In this document: piece after piece, positions 29,295 to 38,170 of the stretch
Layout: each line of letters begins with the position of its first letter
How positions within the stretch are numbered: position 1 is the first letter of the stretch
Source of the DNA: Candidatus Rehaiarchaeum fermentans
GTDB taxonomy: Archaea; Nanobdellota; Nanobdellia; Parvarchaeales; Parvarchaeaceae
Assembly (NCBI GenBank): GCA_025920435.1
Contig: JAPDLT010000001.1
Coordinates: forward strand, 1,539-65,538
DNA: 64,000 nt
Direction of reading: 5' to 3'
The notes under the pieces: model-generated
What the model saw: the letters and a program-made list of their open reading frames with translations, nothing else
The model's database searches: none
What the model was told of the DNA's origin: nothing
Program-made: the position numbers and the translations under genes

Positions 29295-29608
29295 ATGCTA
29301 AGCGTAAAGGATATTTAGTAGAGAGAAAAATCAGAAAACTTTTTGAAAAAAATAAATATTTAGTAATAAGAGCGGGGGCAAGTTTAGGTGTCGCTGATTT
29401 AGTATGCATTAAAGATGGAAAACTTATATTCGTTCAAGTTAAATCTACGAAAAAGGAAAAATATTACTATTATGGATATATGAAACCAAAATTGGCAGGC
29501 TTTGATTTCTATGTTATTGTTGATTTTGGGAAAGGTAATATAGTTATAACTAAACCTAAAAGAATTATAACTAAAAAAGAGAAGAAATTAGAAGAATTTT
29601 TTAATTAA
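29291..29608 (+). CDS. Hjc-like PD-(D/E)xK nuclease (short Holliday-junction-resolvase-family protein)
   Basis: NAKRKGYLVERKIRKLF...VIRAGASLGVADLVCIKDGKLIFVQVKST matches the Hjc motif set (KRKG, E-R, D, E-x-K equivalent). ATGA overlap with the upstream gene. Confidence 0.5.
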   Translation: MNAKRKGYLVERKIRKLFEKNKYLVIRAGASLGVADLVCIKDGKLIFVQVKSTKKEKYYYYGYMKPKLAGFDFYVIVDFGKGNIVITKPKRIITKKEKKLEEFFN

Positions 29609-29701
29609 TAGTTTACGATAGTTTCCAGCAATTTTTTAAATTATTACAAAAGGAAACTAAATTAAGCCACTAGTCTTCTTTTTTATTTTATTTTTAGATT
29701 T

Positions 29702-29845
29702 TTACAAAAATCGAGCAATTATTTCTGCAATTATGAATATTATGGATATTATTATGAGCACTTTTGGTGGGATTTTTCTTTTGCTTTTGTATTCAGAATA
29801 GTACTGAGAAATACCCCCCATCGGTATAGAAACTTGAGCCTTCAT
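29702..29845 (-). CDS. secG: preprotein translocase subunit Sec61-beta (archaeal SecG-type), 47 aa, absent from the ORF track because it is below the 60-aa cutoff
   Basis: Hand translation gives MKAQVSIPMGGISQYYSEYKSKRKIPPKVLIIISIIFIIAEIIARFL. It is tail-anchored and has the conserved GG(L/I)xRYF...KIxPK pattern of Sec61-beta. Confidence 0.5.
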   Translation of the reverse strand: MKAQVSIPMGGISQYYSEYKSKRKIPPKVLIIISIIFIIAEIIARFL

Positions 29846-29858
29846 AATTGATATTTAT

Positions 29859-30377
29859 CTAAAGAAAAGTATTTATATGTACTACTGATCCAGTTTCGGG
29901 AGTAAGTTTTACATTTTTCACCGTATTTTCTTTAGAATATCCAATTGGTATTACGGCATGTATTTTATAGTTTGCAGGAATTGAAAGTAATTCTCTTAAA
30001 TTTTCAGTAGCATGATAAAGAAGGGCAGTTGAAAGATTTTTTTCTTCAGCAGCTAAAGAGATTATAGAAGAGGCCATTGTAGCATCTATTTCTCCATATT
30101 TTTCTGCTTCTTCTCCAAATTCCGACTTTAATAAAGCTATGTTGTATAATACTATTATTAAATAAGGAGCCGAATCTATATTAGGAGTGGCTATTTTTTC
30201 AGCACATCTTTTTTTAGTTTCAACGTTATCGATTATTAAAAATTCAATATCTGGATTCGCAGAAATACGAGGAGCTCTTACCGCACAATCCATTATATAA
30301 TACATGTCTTCATCTTTAGGGGTAGTATCTTTAAAGCTAAATGAAGTAATTCTTTTTTCTAACAAATCCTTTATCAT
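29859..30377 (-). CDS. nitroreductase-family protein
   Basis: LEKRITSFSFKD and DCAVRAPRISANPDIEFLIID match the nitroreductase RxSxRxF and AP-S/N-QPW-like blocks. Confidence 0.5.
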   Translation of the reverse strand: MIKDLLEKRITSFSFKDTTPKDEDMYYIMDCAVRAPRISANPDIEFLIIDNVETKKRCAEKIATPNIDSAPYLIIVLYNIALLKSEFGEEAEKYGEIDATMASSIISLAAEEKNLSTALLYHATENLRELLSIPANYKIHAVIPIGYSKENTVKNVKLTPETGSVVHINTFL

Positions 30378-30386
30378 TTTATTGTT

Positions 30387-30581
30387 TTAATAAAATTTTT
30401 CTAAGAGTTCTGCATTAGTTAATTTTACCTTTCCACCCGTTGGTTCTGCTATAATTTCTTTGCAATTCAAACAATATAGCTTGTGAGATGCTCTTTCAAA
30501 TATAACTTGCTCTTTTCCACATTTCTTACATTTTACTTTTATAAATTTACTTTCAAGCGATTTAAAAATTATCTCTTCCAT
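30387..30581 (-). CDS. rps27e: ribosomal protein S27e (C4 zinc finger)
   Basis: The 64-aa protein has CKKCGKEQVIFERASHKLYCLNC, the C4 pattern of S27e. It is adjacent to L44e as in most archaea. Confidence 0.8.
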   Translation of the reverse strand: MEEIIFKSLESKFIKVKCKKCGKEQVIFERASHKLYCLNCKEIIAEPTGGKVKLTNAELLEKFY

Positions 30582-30582
30582 A

Positions 30583-30879
30583 TTACTTTGCTATTATTTC
30601 TACCTTCTTAGCTTTCTTACCTCTTCTTTGAACTTGAGCTTTTTTACAAACTGTACACCTATAAATCACATTATATCTTTTAACATTTTTTACTTTTCTT
30701 TTAGCATGTTCAAACATAGGATAAGGTGTACTTCCATATCCGTGTTCTATGTTCCAAAGCTTTCTTCTACTTCCCGCAGTTAATTTTCCTCTTTTTCCGG
30801 GCTTAACAATTATTACTTCGTGGATAGTGTGCTTTTTACAATATTTGCAATACATTCGCCTTTTACTAGGTAATTTCAT
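30583..30879 (-). CDS. rpl44e: ribosomal protein L44e (eL42)
   Basis: The 98-aa basic protein has CKYCKKHT...CTVCKK zinc-binding pairs in the L44e arrangement, 1 nt upstream of S27e. Confidence 0.7.
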   Translation of the reverse strand: MKLPSKRRMYCKYCKKHTIHEVIIVKPGKRGKLTAGSRRKLWNIEHGYGSTPYPMFEHAKRKVKNVKRYNVIYRCTVCKKAQVQRRGKKAKKVEIIAK

Positions 30880-30904
30880 ATTAGTATTTTAAACATTATA
30901 TTAA

Positions 30905-30973
30905 AATATTTAATTTAAATCTAAAAATGTGAAATTATTAGAATATTTAATTTAAATCTAAAAATATGAAATT
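30905..30973. repeat. near-perfect tandem duplication (2 x ~32 nt, 37-nt offset) in the divergent L44e/MUG promoter, second copy containing the MUG start codon
   Basis: Copy 1 is AATATTTAATTTAAATCTAAAAATGTGAAATT (30905-30936). Copy 2 is AATATTTAATTTAAATCTAAAAATATGAAATT (30942-30973). They differ by one G/A change. Each has a TTTAAAT TATA-like box. Confidence 0.6.
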
Positions 30974-31490
30974 TATCCCTCTTAAATCAATTACTAATAA
31001 TCCCAAAATCTTATTTGTAGGGATTAATCCACATCCAGGGTCATATAAAAGAAAGATTCCTTTTTCAAACAACAAAAAGTTTTGGTATTTGCTAAATGAA
31101 GCGGGAATAATAAACTATGATAAAAAGTCTTTAAAAGATGATAGATTTTTAAGTAAGGTCTTTCATTCCTTTAAACTTTTAAATTTATCCTTTATTAATC
31201 TAGTAGATAGACCAACTGTCTCTACAAATTATTTAAATCAGAAAGAGATAGAGTTAGGTAGGAGAAGGTTGCTTAGAATTATAAAGAAAATAAATCCTTT
31301 AATCATTTGTTTTATTGGCAAGATAACTTATCGTTGTTTTTCCGGAAAAAGTAAATTTTCATATGGTTGGAACGGCTACATCTTTAATTCAAAAGTTTAT
31401 GTAATGCACTTTCCTATAAGGGGCCCCAGCGAAATAAGGATAAAAGAGTTAAAGGAGATAAATAAATATTTAAAGAAAGAGGAAGTATAA
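30966..31490 (+). CDS. mug: G/U mismatch-specific uracil-DNA glycosylase (MUG/TDG, UDG family 2)
   Basis: ILFVGINPHPGS...FSNNKKFWYLLNEAG parallels the E. coli Mug ILFVGINPGLSS...PANRFW..L..AG active-site region. Confidence 0.65.
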   Translation: MKFIPLKSITNNPKILFVGINPHPGSYKRKIPFSNNKKFWYLLNEAGIINYDKKSLKDDRFLSKVFHSFKLLNLSFINLVDRPTVSTNYLNQKEIELGRRRLLRIIKKINPLIICFIGKITYRCFSGKSKFSYGWNGYIFNSKVYVMHFPIRGPSEIRIKELKEINKYLKKEEV

Positions 31491-31494
31491 AATT

Positions 31495-31887
31495 ATGATT
31501 GTAGGTTACGTGGTTACAAAAATAGATGCTTCAAGAGATATAAAAATAAAAGTAGATGGGCCTACTACTATTTCTCAGAAATATGATATAAAATCGATAG
31601 AAAAAGAGGAAGAATTACTAGTTTTCAATTTTAGCGTATCTACTACATATTCCGTAAATAATAAGGAATATGCTTACGTAAATTTAGAAAGTCACATCTT
31701 TTACAAAGGAGATGATGTTGATAAGGTGTATGATGAGTGGAATAAATCAAGACAACTAAATCCTAAAGTTTCTTACGAAATAATTGAGTTTGGGTTGAAC
31801 CAAAGTTTATTCGAAACAATGTATTTATCAAGATCAATGCAATTGCCTCCTCTGCAGCTTGTAAGAGTGGAAAAGAAAGAACAATAA
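31495..31887 (+). CDS. hypothetical protein (130 aa), 4 nt downstream of mug
   Basis: No recognisable motif. The tight spacing suggests co-transcription with mug. Confidence 0.3.
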   Translation: MIVGYVVTKIDASRDIKIKVDGPTTISQKYDIKSIEKEEELLVFNFSVSTTYSVNNKEYAYVNLESHIFYKGDDVDKVYDEWNKSRQLNPKVSYEIIEFGLNQSLFETMYLSRSMQLPPLQLVRVEKKEQ

Positions 31888-32001
31888 AAATTAATAAAAA
31901 TTACTAATTGAGCGCTATTAATTTATTCTACTTTCTAACTTAAAAACATTTTTTAATTTAATTTATTTTTGATTTAAATTTTCTTCTTATTTACCACTCA
32001 A

Positions 32002-33900
32002 ATGCAGACCACATTGGATGCATTTTTAAGCATAAATAATGATAAACCTGATTTAGAGGGCATTTTAGATAAGTTTTTTGAGGGGTCTGAATTTTCAGCA
32101 ATCTTTTTCAGCAATCCTTTAATAGGTTCCAGAATATCTCTGCCTTTCTCTTACTATAATAATCTTTTCGAATCAATAAAGCAATTTGGTAAAATAAATG
32201 TAGTTATTTTTTCAGGAATAATTCCATTTTTTCCGTTCAACTTTAGGGGATTTTCTAAACATTATGTTGATCTACTCGAAAGAGATGTTCGTAAAAAATT
32301 ACCTAATGAGTTAGCAGAAAGTTACGTTTCTTATAAAGGTTATCAGTTTGTTAACAAATTAGAAGATGCAGTTTACTTAGCAAGACTTTATTTTAACAAT
32401 ATTCCTGCTAAAGAAGTTGTTTTCACATATTCTCCTGAAGACTATTCAACAGTTAATGGGCTTATAAATCATATATTAAGTAACAATAAGAATAAGCATT
32501 ATCCATTCAGCGCAACTTTGGATAGATTGAAAAACGCTAAGAAAAGTGGAGCTATTCAAAGGGCTAATTATGAGTATCAAAATCTTGTTTTTTCTAATAT
32601 TTTTAGTGGAAGATATAGTGTAGTAAAGCACATTAACGCTAAATTAAATTTAAACTCAATTCCATTTAATTTATATTTCTCCGTTTCACAGAATCGCACT
32701 TTTAATTATCCTCCTTCTTATCAAAAATATCCTTTAAAGCAGGCTATAGAAATTGTTAAGAATGAAGGAGAAGAAGGAAATTATGTATTTTTCAATTCTG
32801 GTTACTTTTCCTCTACTGTTTTATTTCCTAATAAAATAATAATTTTGCCTCCTTACGCATTTGATTTGAATGAGCTAAGAAACGCTAGAAGTAGAGGTAA
32901 TAAATCTGTTTATGCCATGCTAGGAAATAGATTTTTAGTTGATAGCGGTGTCTTACTTTTTTCTATTGATAAAAATAACAATCCTAAATTACTTCATATT
33001 CCTTCATACGCACTTTCTAATAAAGATAAAATTAATTCGCCATTTGAGTCTTTTGGTTTGATAAGTGATATACATATAGGTTCTCAAACTCCTCCTTCCG
33101 AAACATCTTTAGAAGATGCATTATTATTAGTAGTTAGAGCGTTTAACGAAGAAAGTAGTAAAAGACCATTCACTTCTATTATTTTATTAGGCGATGTGAT
33201 ACACGGTATGCACGATAAACCATATACTCTTATACCTATAGCAGAAAAGGATGAAATTAAGGAGGAAGCTTCAAAATTAAGTAATTTAAGTGAAAAAGCG
33301 AAATTTTATGAAAGAGCACTTAATGGTTATCCTATTTTTAGTTTAGATAAGCAAATTAAAACAGCCATAAAATACATTTATTATTTGTTGGAAAATACTA
33401 GAACGAACGGACCTTACAATTTAATTGTAGTTCCAGGGAATCATTATGCTAATGCACTTAATAAGGCAGGTAATGAAGCTACTGTTATAGAATCTATAAA
33501 ATATTCTGGGAAATACAAAGTTTTAGGTTTAGATGATTACAATGATTCTATAGTACTTGAAAACGGGACTAAACTTATTTTACTTCATACTACTGGTTAC
33601 AGAGGAGGAGTCGATGCAGCTACTGCGCCTTTACTTTATTTACGTAATACAGGTCAAAATGGGGTAATTTTAACTGGTGATTCACACGAATATGGTTTTA
33701 GTGCAGCCGTCTTTGGAGGAAAGCAATCTTATTCTGTTAAAGTTTCAGCCCTTCAATATTACACGCCTTTCGAAAAACACATAATTGCTAAAACGCCTAC
33801 TGTAAGAGGAGCAGCAATTGTATATATCTCAGAAAACAATTCCGTTCTATTAAAACTATTACTTTTAGATAATCTAGTTAAAACTTATTCTCAGTCCTAA
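32002..33900 (+). CDS. large hypothetical protein with C-terminal calcineurin-like metallophosphoesterase domain
   Basis: The C-terminal half has ISDIHIGS (D-x-H), LLGDVIHGMHD (GD-x-x-H/D), VVPGNHY (GNH), HTTGY and GDSHEYG motifs in Mre11/PP-family order. The N-terminal ~360 aa are unrecognised. Confidence 0.45.
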   Translation: MQTTLDAFLSINNDKPDLEGILDKFFEGSEFSAIFFSNPLIGSRISLPFSYYNNLFESIKQFGKINVVIFSGIIPFFPFNFRGFSKHYVDLLERDVRKKLPNELAESYVSYKGYQFVNKLEDAVYLARLYFNNIPAKEVVFTYSPEDYSTVNGLINHILSNNKNKHYPFSATLDRLKNAKKSGAIQRANYEYQNLVFSNIFSGRYSVVKHINAKLNLNSIPFNLYFSVSQNRTFNYPPSYQKYPLKQAIEIVKNEGEEGNYVFFNSGYFSSTVLFPNKIIILPPYAFDLNELRNARSRGNKSVYAMLGNRFLVDSGVLLFSIDKNNNPKLLHIPSYALSNKDKINSPFESFGLISDIHIGSQTPPSETSLEDALLLVVRAFNEESSKRPFTSIILLGDVIHGMHDKPYTLIPIAEKDEIKEEASKLSNLSEKAKFYERALNGYPIFSLDKQIKTAIKYIYYLLENTRTNGPYNLIVVPGNHYANALNKAGNEATVIESIKYSGKYKVLGLDDYNDSIVLENGTKLILLHTTGYRGGVDAATAPLLYLRNTGQNGVILTGDSHEYGFSAAVFGGKQSYSVKVSALQYYTPFEKHIIAKTPTVRGAAIVYISENNSVLLKLLLLDNLVKTYSQS

Positions 33901-33922
33901 ATATTAGTAAAAATTATTAACA

Positions 33923-35353
33923 TTGAATTTATTTATAAGATATAGTAAAATATACATGAAAACTGCAGCTATTTTAGTAGGGATAGTGATTATGCTAGCT
34001 TTAATAAGTTCTGCTAAAGCACTAGAAATATCTCCCTCTTCTATTAACCTTACTGCTAACTCTTTAAATATTGTAAACCTCCGACTTATAAATAATAATA
34101 ATTTTTCATTGACTGTAGTGCCTTTATTTTACAAAACTCAGATAGAGTATCCATTTTTCAAAAACATTCAATCTAACTTTACTAAATTAATTATTCCACC
34201 ATTTTCTGATAAAACAATTGAATTAAGTATATTTACTTCTAATTACTACATTACAGTTCCTAATTTTTTAGTTAATTTTTCTTTTTATGTAAATAATGTA
34301 TCTTATAACTTGCCTCTAAGCGTTTCTATATACCCACCTGTAACAGGAAAAATAGTATTATCTAACCTTAGTTTTCCTCGTTCGGTCTTTATTTATAATA
34401 ATTATACGCTCTTTCTACAAGTTATAAATTACTACAGTTCTTCGAATGTAATTTTTCCAGTTAATGTTTTTTTAATTAGAAATAATAGTATAATAAATAA
34501 GTATGTTTTCAATTTAAAAACTTATTCAGAAGGTACTAATTCTTTCAATTTAACTTTACCAATAAATGAACTTTATTTCGGAAATTATTCTCTTTTGATT
34601 AATAGTTCTTTTGCTCAAGGCACTCTTACTTCTTCTTTCTATGTGAATAAATTATCAAACTTAGTTTCTTCTAAGCATTTTAACATGAATTTATTTGGTG
34701 GAAACTTTACTGAAGTTTTGCAAAATTTAGGTAATTATCCGGTTCAAATAAGTAAAAATAATTTATCTGAAGGAGATCTTTACTTATTTTCTTCTAACAT
34801 TTATGTAATAACGAAGTATGGCCCAATACCTCTTCAATCCAATTTTACTATTTATCCTGGAGAAAGGGTTATTGTAGGTTTTACATTCAATTTTATAATA
34901 CTTTATCTTATCATAATTTTAGCCATTGCTGAGCTTATATTGTTTTTATTGTTTTCTAGAAAGGCATTAGTAAAGAAAGAACTTTCATCGTATAAGTTTT
35001 ACAGTGGCAATTTAGAAGGTAAAATAATAATCAAAGTAAAAAATATTTCAAATAAAGAAATGAGAGATATAAAGCTATATGACTACTTACCGAGAAACAC
35101 AGAAGTTGAAAGTATTGGTATTAGTGAATTTCAGAAAGTTGTAGGTAAAAACACGGTAACTTTGAAATGGAATTTAGGTTCTTTAGCGCCTGGAGAAGAA
35201 GTTATAGTTGAATATTCGTTCAAAACAAGAGTAGTAGGTGTATATGGCTCCTTAACTTTAGATAAGGCTAAATTAGAGTATATATTAGAAGGAAAAGAAA
35301 ATAAAAAATTCTATAAATATTCGAACGATCTAGTTTTATCTATTTCAGAATAG
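33923..35353 (+). CDS. hypothetical surface protein: signal peptide, long sequon-rich ectodomain, TM helix near residue 310, C-terminal domain
   Basis: The signal is MKTAAILVGIVIMLALISSAKA, followed by many N-x-S/T sites and a hydrophobic segment FIILYLIIILAIAELILFLLF. It lies 22 nt downstream of the phosphoesterase gene. Confidence 0.35.
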   Translation: MNLFIRYSKIYMKTAAILVGIVIMLALISSAKALEISPSSINLTANSLNIVNLRLINNNNFSLTVVPLFYKTQIEYPFFKNIQSNFTKLIIPPFSDKTIELSIFTSNYYITVPNFLVNFSFYVNNVSYNLPLSVSIYPPVTGKIVLSNLSFPRSVFIYNNYTLFLQVINYYSSSNVIFPVNVFLIRNNSIINKYVFNLKTYSEGTNSFNLTLPINELYFGNYSLLINSSFAQGTLTSSFYVNKLSNLVSSKHFNMNLFGGNFTEVLQNLGNYPVQISKNNLSEGDLYLFSSNIYVITKYGPIPLQSNFTIYPGERVIVGFTFNFIILYLIIILAIAELILFLLFSRKALVKKELSSYKFYSGNLEGKIIIKVKNISNKEMRDIKLYDYLPRNTEVESIGISEFQKVVGKNTVTLKWNLGSLAPGEEVIVEYSFKTRVVGVYGSLTLDKAKLEYILEGKENKKFYKYSNDLVLSISE

Positions 35354-35356
35354 GTA

Positions 35357-35429
35357 GCCTCAGTAGTCTAGCGGTCTAGGACCCTTGCCTGTCACGCGAG
35401 GAACCCGGGTTCGAATCCCGGCTGAGGCG
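35357..35429 (+). tRNA. tRNA-Asp (anticodon GTC)
   Basis: Acceptor GCCTCAG/CTGAGGC, anticodon stem-loop CTTGC-CTGTCAC-GCGAG, T-arm CCGGG-TTCGAAT-CCCGG, discriminator G. Confidence 0.85.
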
Positions 35430-35461
35430 CTTTTATAAAGTTTGAAATATATATACCAAAA

Positions 35462-36181
35462 ATGATAGATATTCATTCTCATATTCCTGATGAAAAGATA
35501 ATAACAATTTTAGCTACAGAAAAACCAGACGAATGGTTAAAAGCATTTTCTTTTCTTCCTAATAATCTTCCTGCAATAGGATTACATCCTAATTTTCTTT
35601 CTTCTTTAGAAAATGTTGATGATTATATTTTCAATTTTGAAAGAGAAGTAGATAAATTTTTTGCTATATCTGAAGTAGGCTTGGATTTTAAATCGAAAAA
35701 TGATAATCAAATTCAGTTACAAATAAAAATACTTACTAAAATTATGGAAATTGCGGAAAAGCATAACAAGGTGATTATTGTACATAATAGAAAAAGCATC
35801 GAAAAATTTTTGGAGTTAAGATCTAGTTTTAAAGTACGCACTATTTATCATAATTATGAAGGAAATCTCTCTCAACTGAATAAAATAATTGAAAGTGGAG
35901 ATTTTATCAGTATATCTACTAGTTATTTGCGTTTTAAGAAGGATAACATTATAAAAAAAGTGCCTTTGGAGAACTTATTTTTTGAAACTGATTCGCCTGC
36001 TCTTTCTCCATTTGATTCTCCTAATAAACCAGAAAATGTAAGATTAATAGTGGAATACTTTTCCAAATTAAGAAATATAAGTATAGAATATTTAGAAAAT
36101 CAAATAAGATCTAATTTTGTTGATCTTTTTTCAAAAACTTCTTCAGCTTATTTTCTTCACAATCTGGATTTATACAAGTAG
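35462..36181 (+). CDS. TatD-family metal-dependent hydrolase
   Basis: MIDIHSHIP (HxH) at the N-terminus and FETDSP near the C-terminus are TatD hallmarks. Length is 239 aa. Confidence 0.7.
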   Translation: MIDIHSHIPDEKIITILATEKPDEWLKAFSFLPNNLPAIGLHPNFLSSLENVDDYIFNFEREVDKFFAISEVGLDFKSKNDNQIQLQIKILTKIMEIAEKHNKVIIVHNRKSIEKFLELRSSFKVRTIYHNYEGNLSQLNKIIESGDFISISTSYLRFKKDNIIKKVPLENLFFETDSPALSPFDSPNKPENVRLIVEYFSKLRNISIEYLENQIRSNFVDLFSKTSSAYFLHNLDLYK

Positions 36182-38135
36182 TTAATGGCTTTTTGAAGTA
36201 TATTTTTACTAAATGCCAGTCGCATTTGGGACATTTTTGAGGAAGAGGTTGTATTTTTCTTTGGGTAATTGGCAATGAAAAATTACATTTAGGATAATTA
36301 CTGCACCCCAAAAATTGCTTTTTAGTTTTTAAAGATCTTATTAATACAAGATTTGAATTACATTTAGGACACTTTCCAATAATGTATTGAGCTTTTATTG
36401 CTTCTTTCACTTCCTTATTTATTTCATTTTTAAATTTAATCATCGTTTCAACTAGTTTTTTTACCTGTTCTCTTGCCTCTAAAACTACTTTTTCTTTTTC
36501 TTTTTTAGAATTAGCGATATCTTCTATTTCTTTTTCTAAATTTGCAGTTAATTCTGGAGAAGTTAGTAGAGGGGTATGATTATCTAGCAAAGATATTATT
36601 TTTCTTCCTAATTCACTTGCAAACAAAGTACTTCCTTTAGAAAGATATCCTCTTTCAAATAATTTTTTTATTATTTCAGCTCTAGTTGACTTTGTTCCTA
36701 ATCCGAGTTCTTCCATCTTTTTTATAGTCTTTGCTTGAGTATATCTTGGCGGAGGAGAAGTCTCTTTTTCTTCTATTATTAATTTTCCTTCTAATTCGTT
36801 TTTACTGATTTCAGGTAAGATTATTTCATTTTCTTTTACAGGATAAATCTCTTTCCATCCTTTATATATAATTTTTTTACCAGTTGCATAAAATTTATGT
36901 CCATTTATTTCTCCAGTTATTTTTGTTAATATTTCTTTTTCTGGTTTTGATAATGTTGCTAAAAATCTTCTTGCAATTAAATTAAATATTTTTATTTCCT
37001 GTTTATCCACGTCTGTAGGTATTTTTATTGGATATATAGGAGGGTGATCTAAAGCCTCTTTTCCTTTAGTAGGCTTTATGTTGTTCTTATCTATTTCTTT
37101 TTCTATATATTTTTTATAGCTTTCTTCCTTAGAAAGTTCCTCTAATATTTCTTTAAAATTTAGAGTAGGTGGATAAGTTTGATTATCTGTTCTTGGATAA
37201 GATATGTATCCTCTCATATACAAATCTTCTGCAATTCTCATCGCGTTCGGTATGCTAAAACCTATAGAAGCAGCTGCTTCTAAAAATTCAGTAGTGTTAA
37301 ATGGAACTGGAGGCGGAACTTCTTTTTCTTTTGTTTTAATCTCAATTATTTTTAGTTTGTATTCTCCTTCTTTCAAATCTATTTCATCTTTACTTTTGTA
37401 CTCTTCTTTACTACTAAATACTATGCCATTTTCAGTCTCAAACTTCATTACGTAATATTTTTCTCTTTTAAATGATTCTATTTCATTTTCTCTTTCTACA
37501 ACTAGCTTTAAAGTAGGAGTTTGAACTCTTCCTACAGATAAAAATGCATTGCCCAGCCTTCCACTAGAAACTGAAAGCAGTCTTGTTAATGTAGCTCCTA
37601 TAAGCAAATCTATTTCTCTTCTTGCATTTGCACTGTTTGCTAAGTTTTCGTTTATTTCTGTAAGATTTGAAAATGCTTCATTTAGCTCTTTCTTTGTTAA
37701 GGCAGAAAATAGAGCTCTTTTTACTTTTATTTGTGGATTTACTGCTTTTACTATTTGTGCCGCTTCTAATCCTATAGACTCCCCCTCTGAATCATAATCT
37801 GTTGCAATTATAAGAAGATCGGCGTTCTTTCCTATCTCTCTTAATTTATTGATAATTTCTTTTTCTTTTTCGTAGTATACTATTTCTGCTTTATATAAAT
37901 TTTTTATTGTTTCTTCATCCCAATTTTTAAAATCATCTCCAAAATCTACATCTACAATATGACCTTTTAATGGAAATACAATTGCTTCCTCTCCTTTGAA
38001 TTTTATTTTCCAGTACCTTATATTTCCGTCTTTAATTTCCTTTCTTTCTTCTCCTATTTCTTTAGCTATTGTTTCTGCAGCAGTCGATTTTTCAGCAACT
38101 ATTAATATCATGCTATAATTTTTAGTAAAATACAA
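36111..38135 (-). CDS. topA: type IA DNA topoisomerase (Topo I/III-like) with C-terminal zinc ribbons
   Basis: It has an N-terminal Toprim (ILIVAEK...ATDYDSEGE), a central type-IA domain (GYISYPRTD with catalytic-Tyr context), and two C-terminal CxxC...CxxC ribbons. Confidence 0.8.
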   Translation of the reverse strand: MYFTKNYSMILIVAEKSTAAETIAKEIGEERKEIKDGNIRYWKIKFKGEEAIVFPLKGHIVDVDFGDDFKNWDEETIKNLYKAEIVYYEKEKEIINKLREIGKNADLLIIATDYDSEGESIGLEAAQIVKAVNPQIKVKRALFSALTKKELNEAFSNLTEINENLANSANARREIDLLIGATLTRLLSVSSGRLGNAFLSVGRVQTPTLKLVVERENEIESFKREKYYVMKFETENGIVFSSKEEYKSKDEIDLKEGEYKLKIIEIKTKEKEVPPPVPFNTTEFLEAAASIGFSIPNAMRIAEDLYMRGYISYPRTDNQTYPPTLNFKEILEELSKEESYKKYIEKEIDKNNIKPTKGKEALDHPPIYPIKIPTDVDKQEIKIFNLIARRFLATLSKPEKEILTKITGEINGHKFYATGKKIIYKGWKEIYPVKENEIILPEISKNELEGKLIIEEKETSPPPRYTQAKTIKKMEELGLGTKSTRAEIIKKLFERGYLSKGSTLFASELGRKIISLLDNHTPLLTSPELTANLEKEIEDIANSKKEKEKVVLEAREQVKKLVETMIKFKNEINKEVKEAIKAQYIIGKCPKCNSNLVLIRSLKTKKQFLGCSNYPKCNFSLPITQRKIQPLPQKCPKCDWHLVKIYFKKPLTTCINPDCEENKLKKFLKKDQQN

Positions 38136-38170
38136 AGCTTATATATATAATAAGTATAAAGAATAATCTT

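Noticed and set aside
32002-33900. Possibility that the 632-aa phosphoesterase-domain protein is the PolD small subunit DP1
   Set aside because: Size and C-terminal PDE motifs are compatible. However, no DP2 large-subunit gene is adjacent, the N-terminal 360 aa do not resemble the DP1 OB/linker region by eye, and a motif (GDSHEYG) deviates from the DP1 pattern. It is kept as a hypothetical with only a note.
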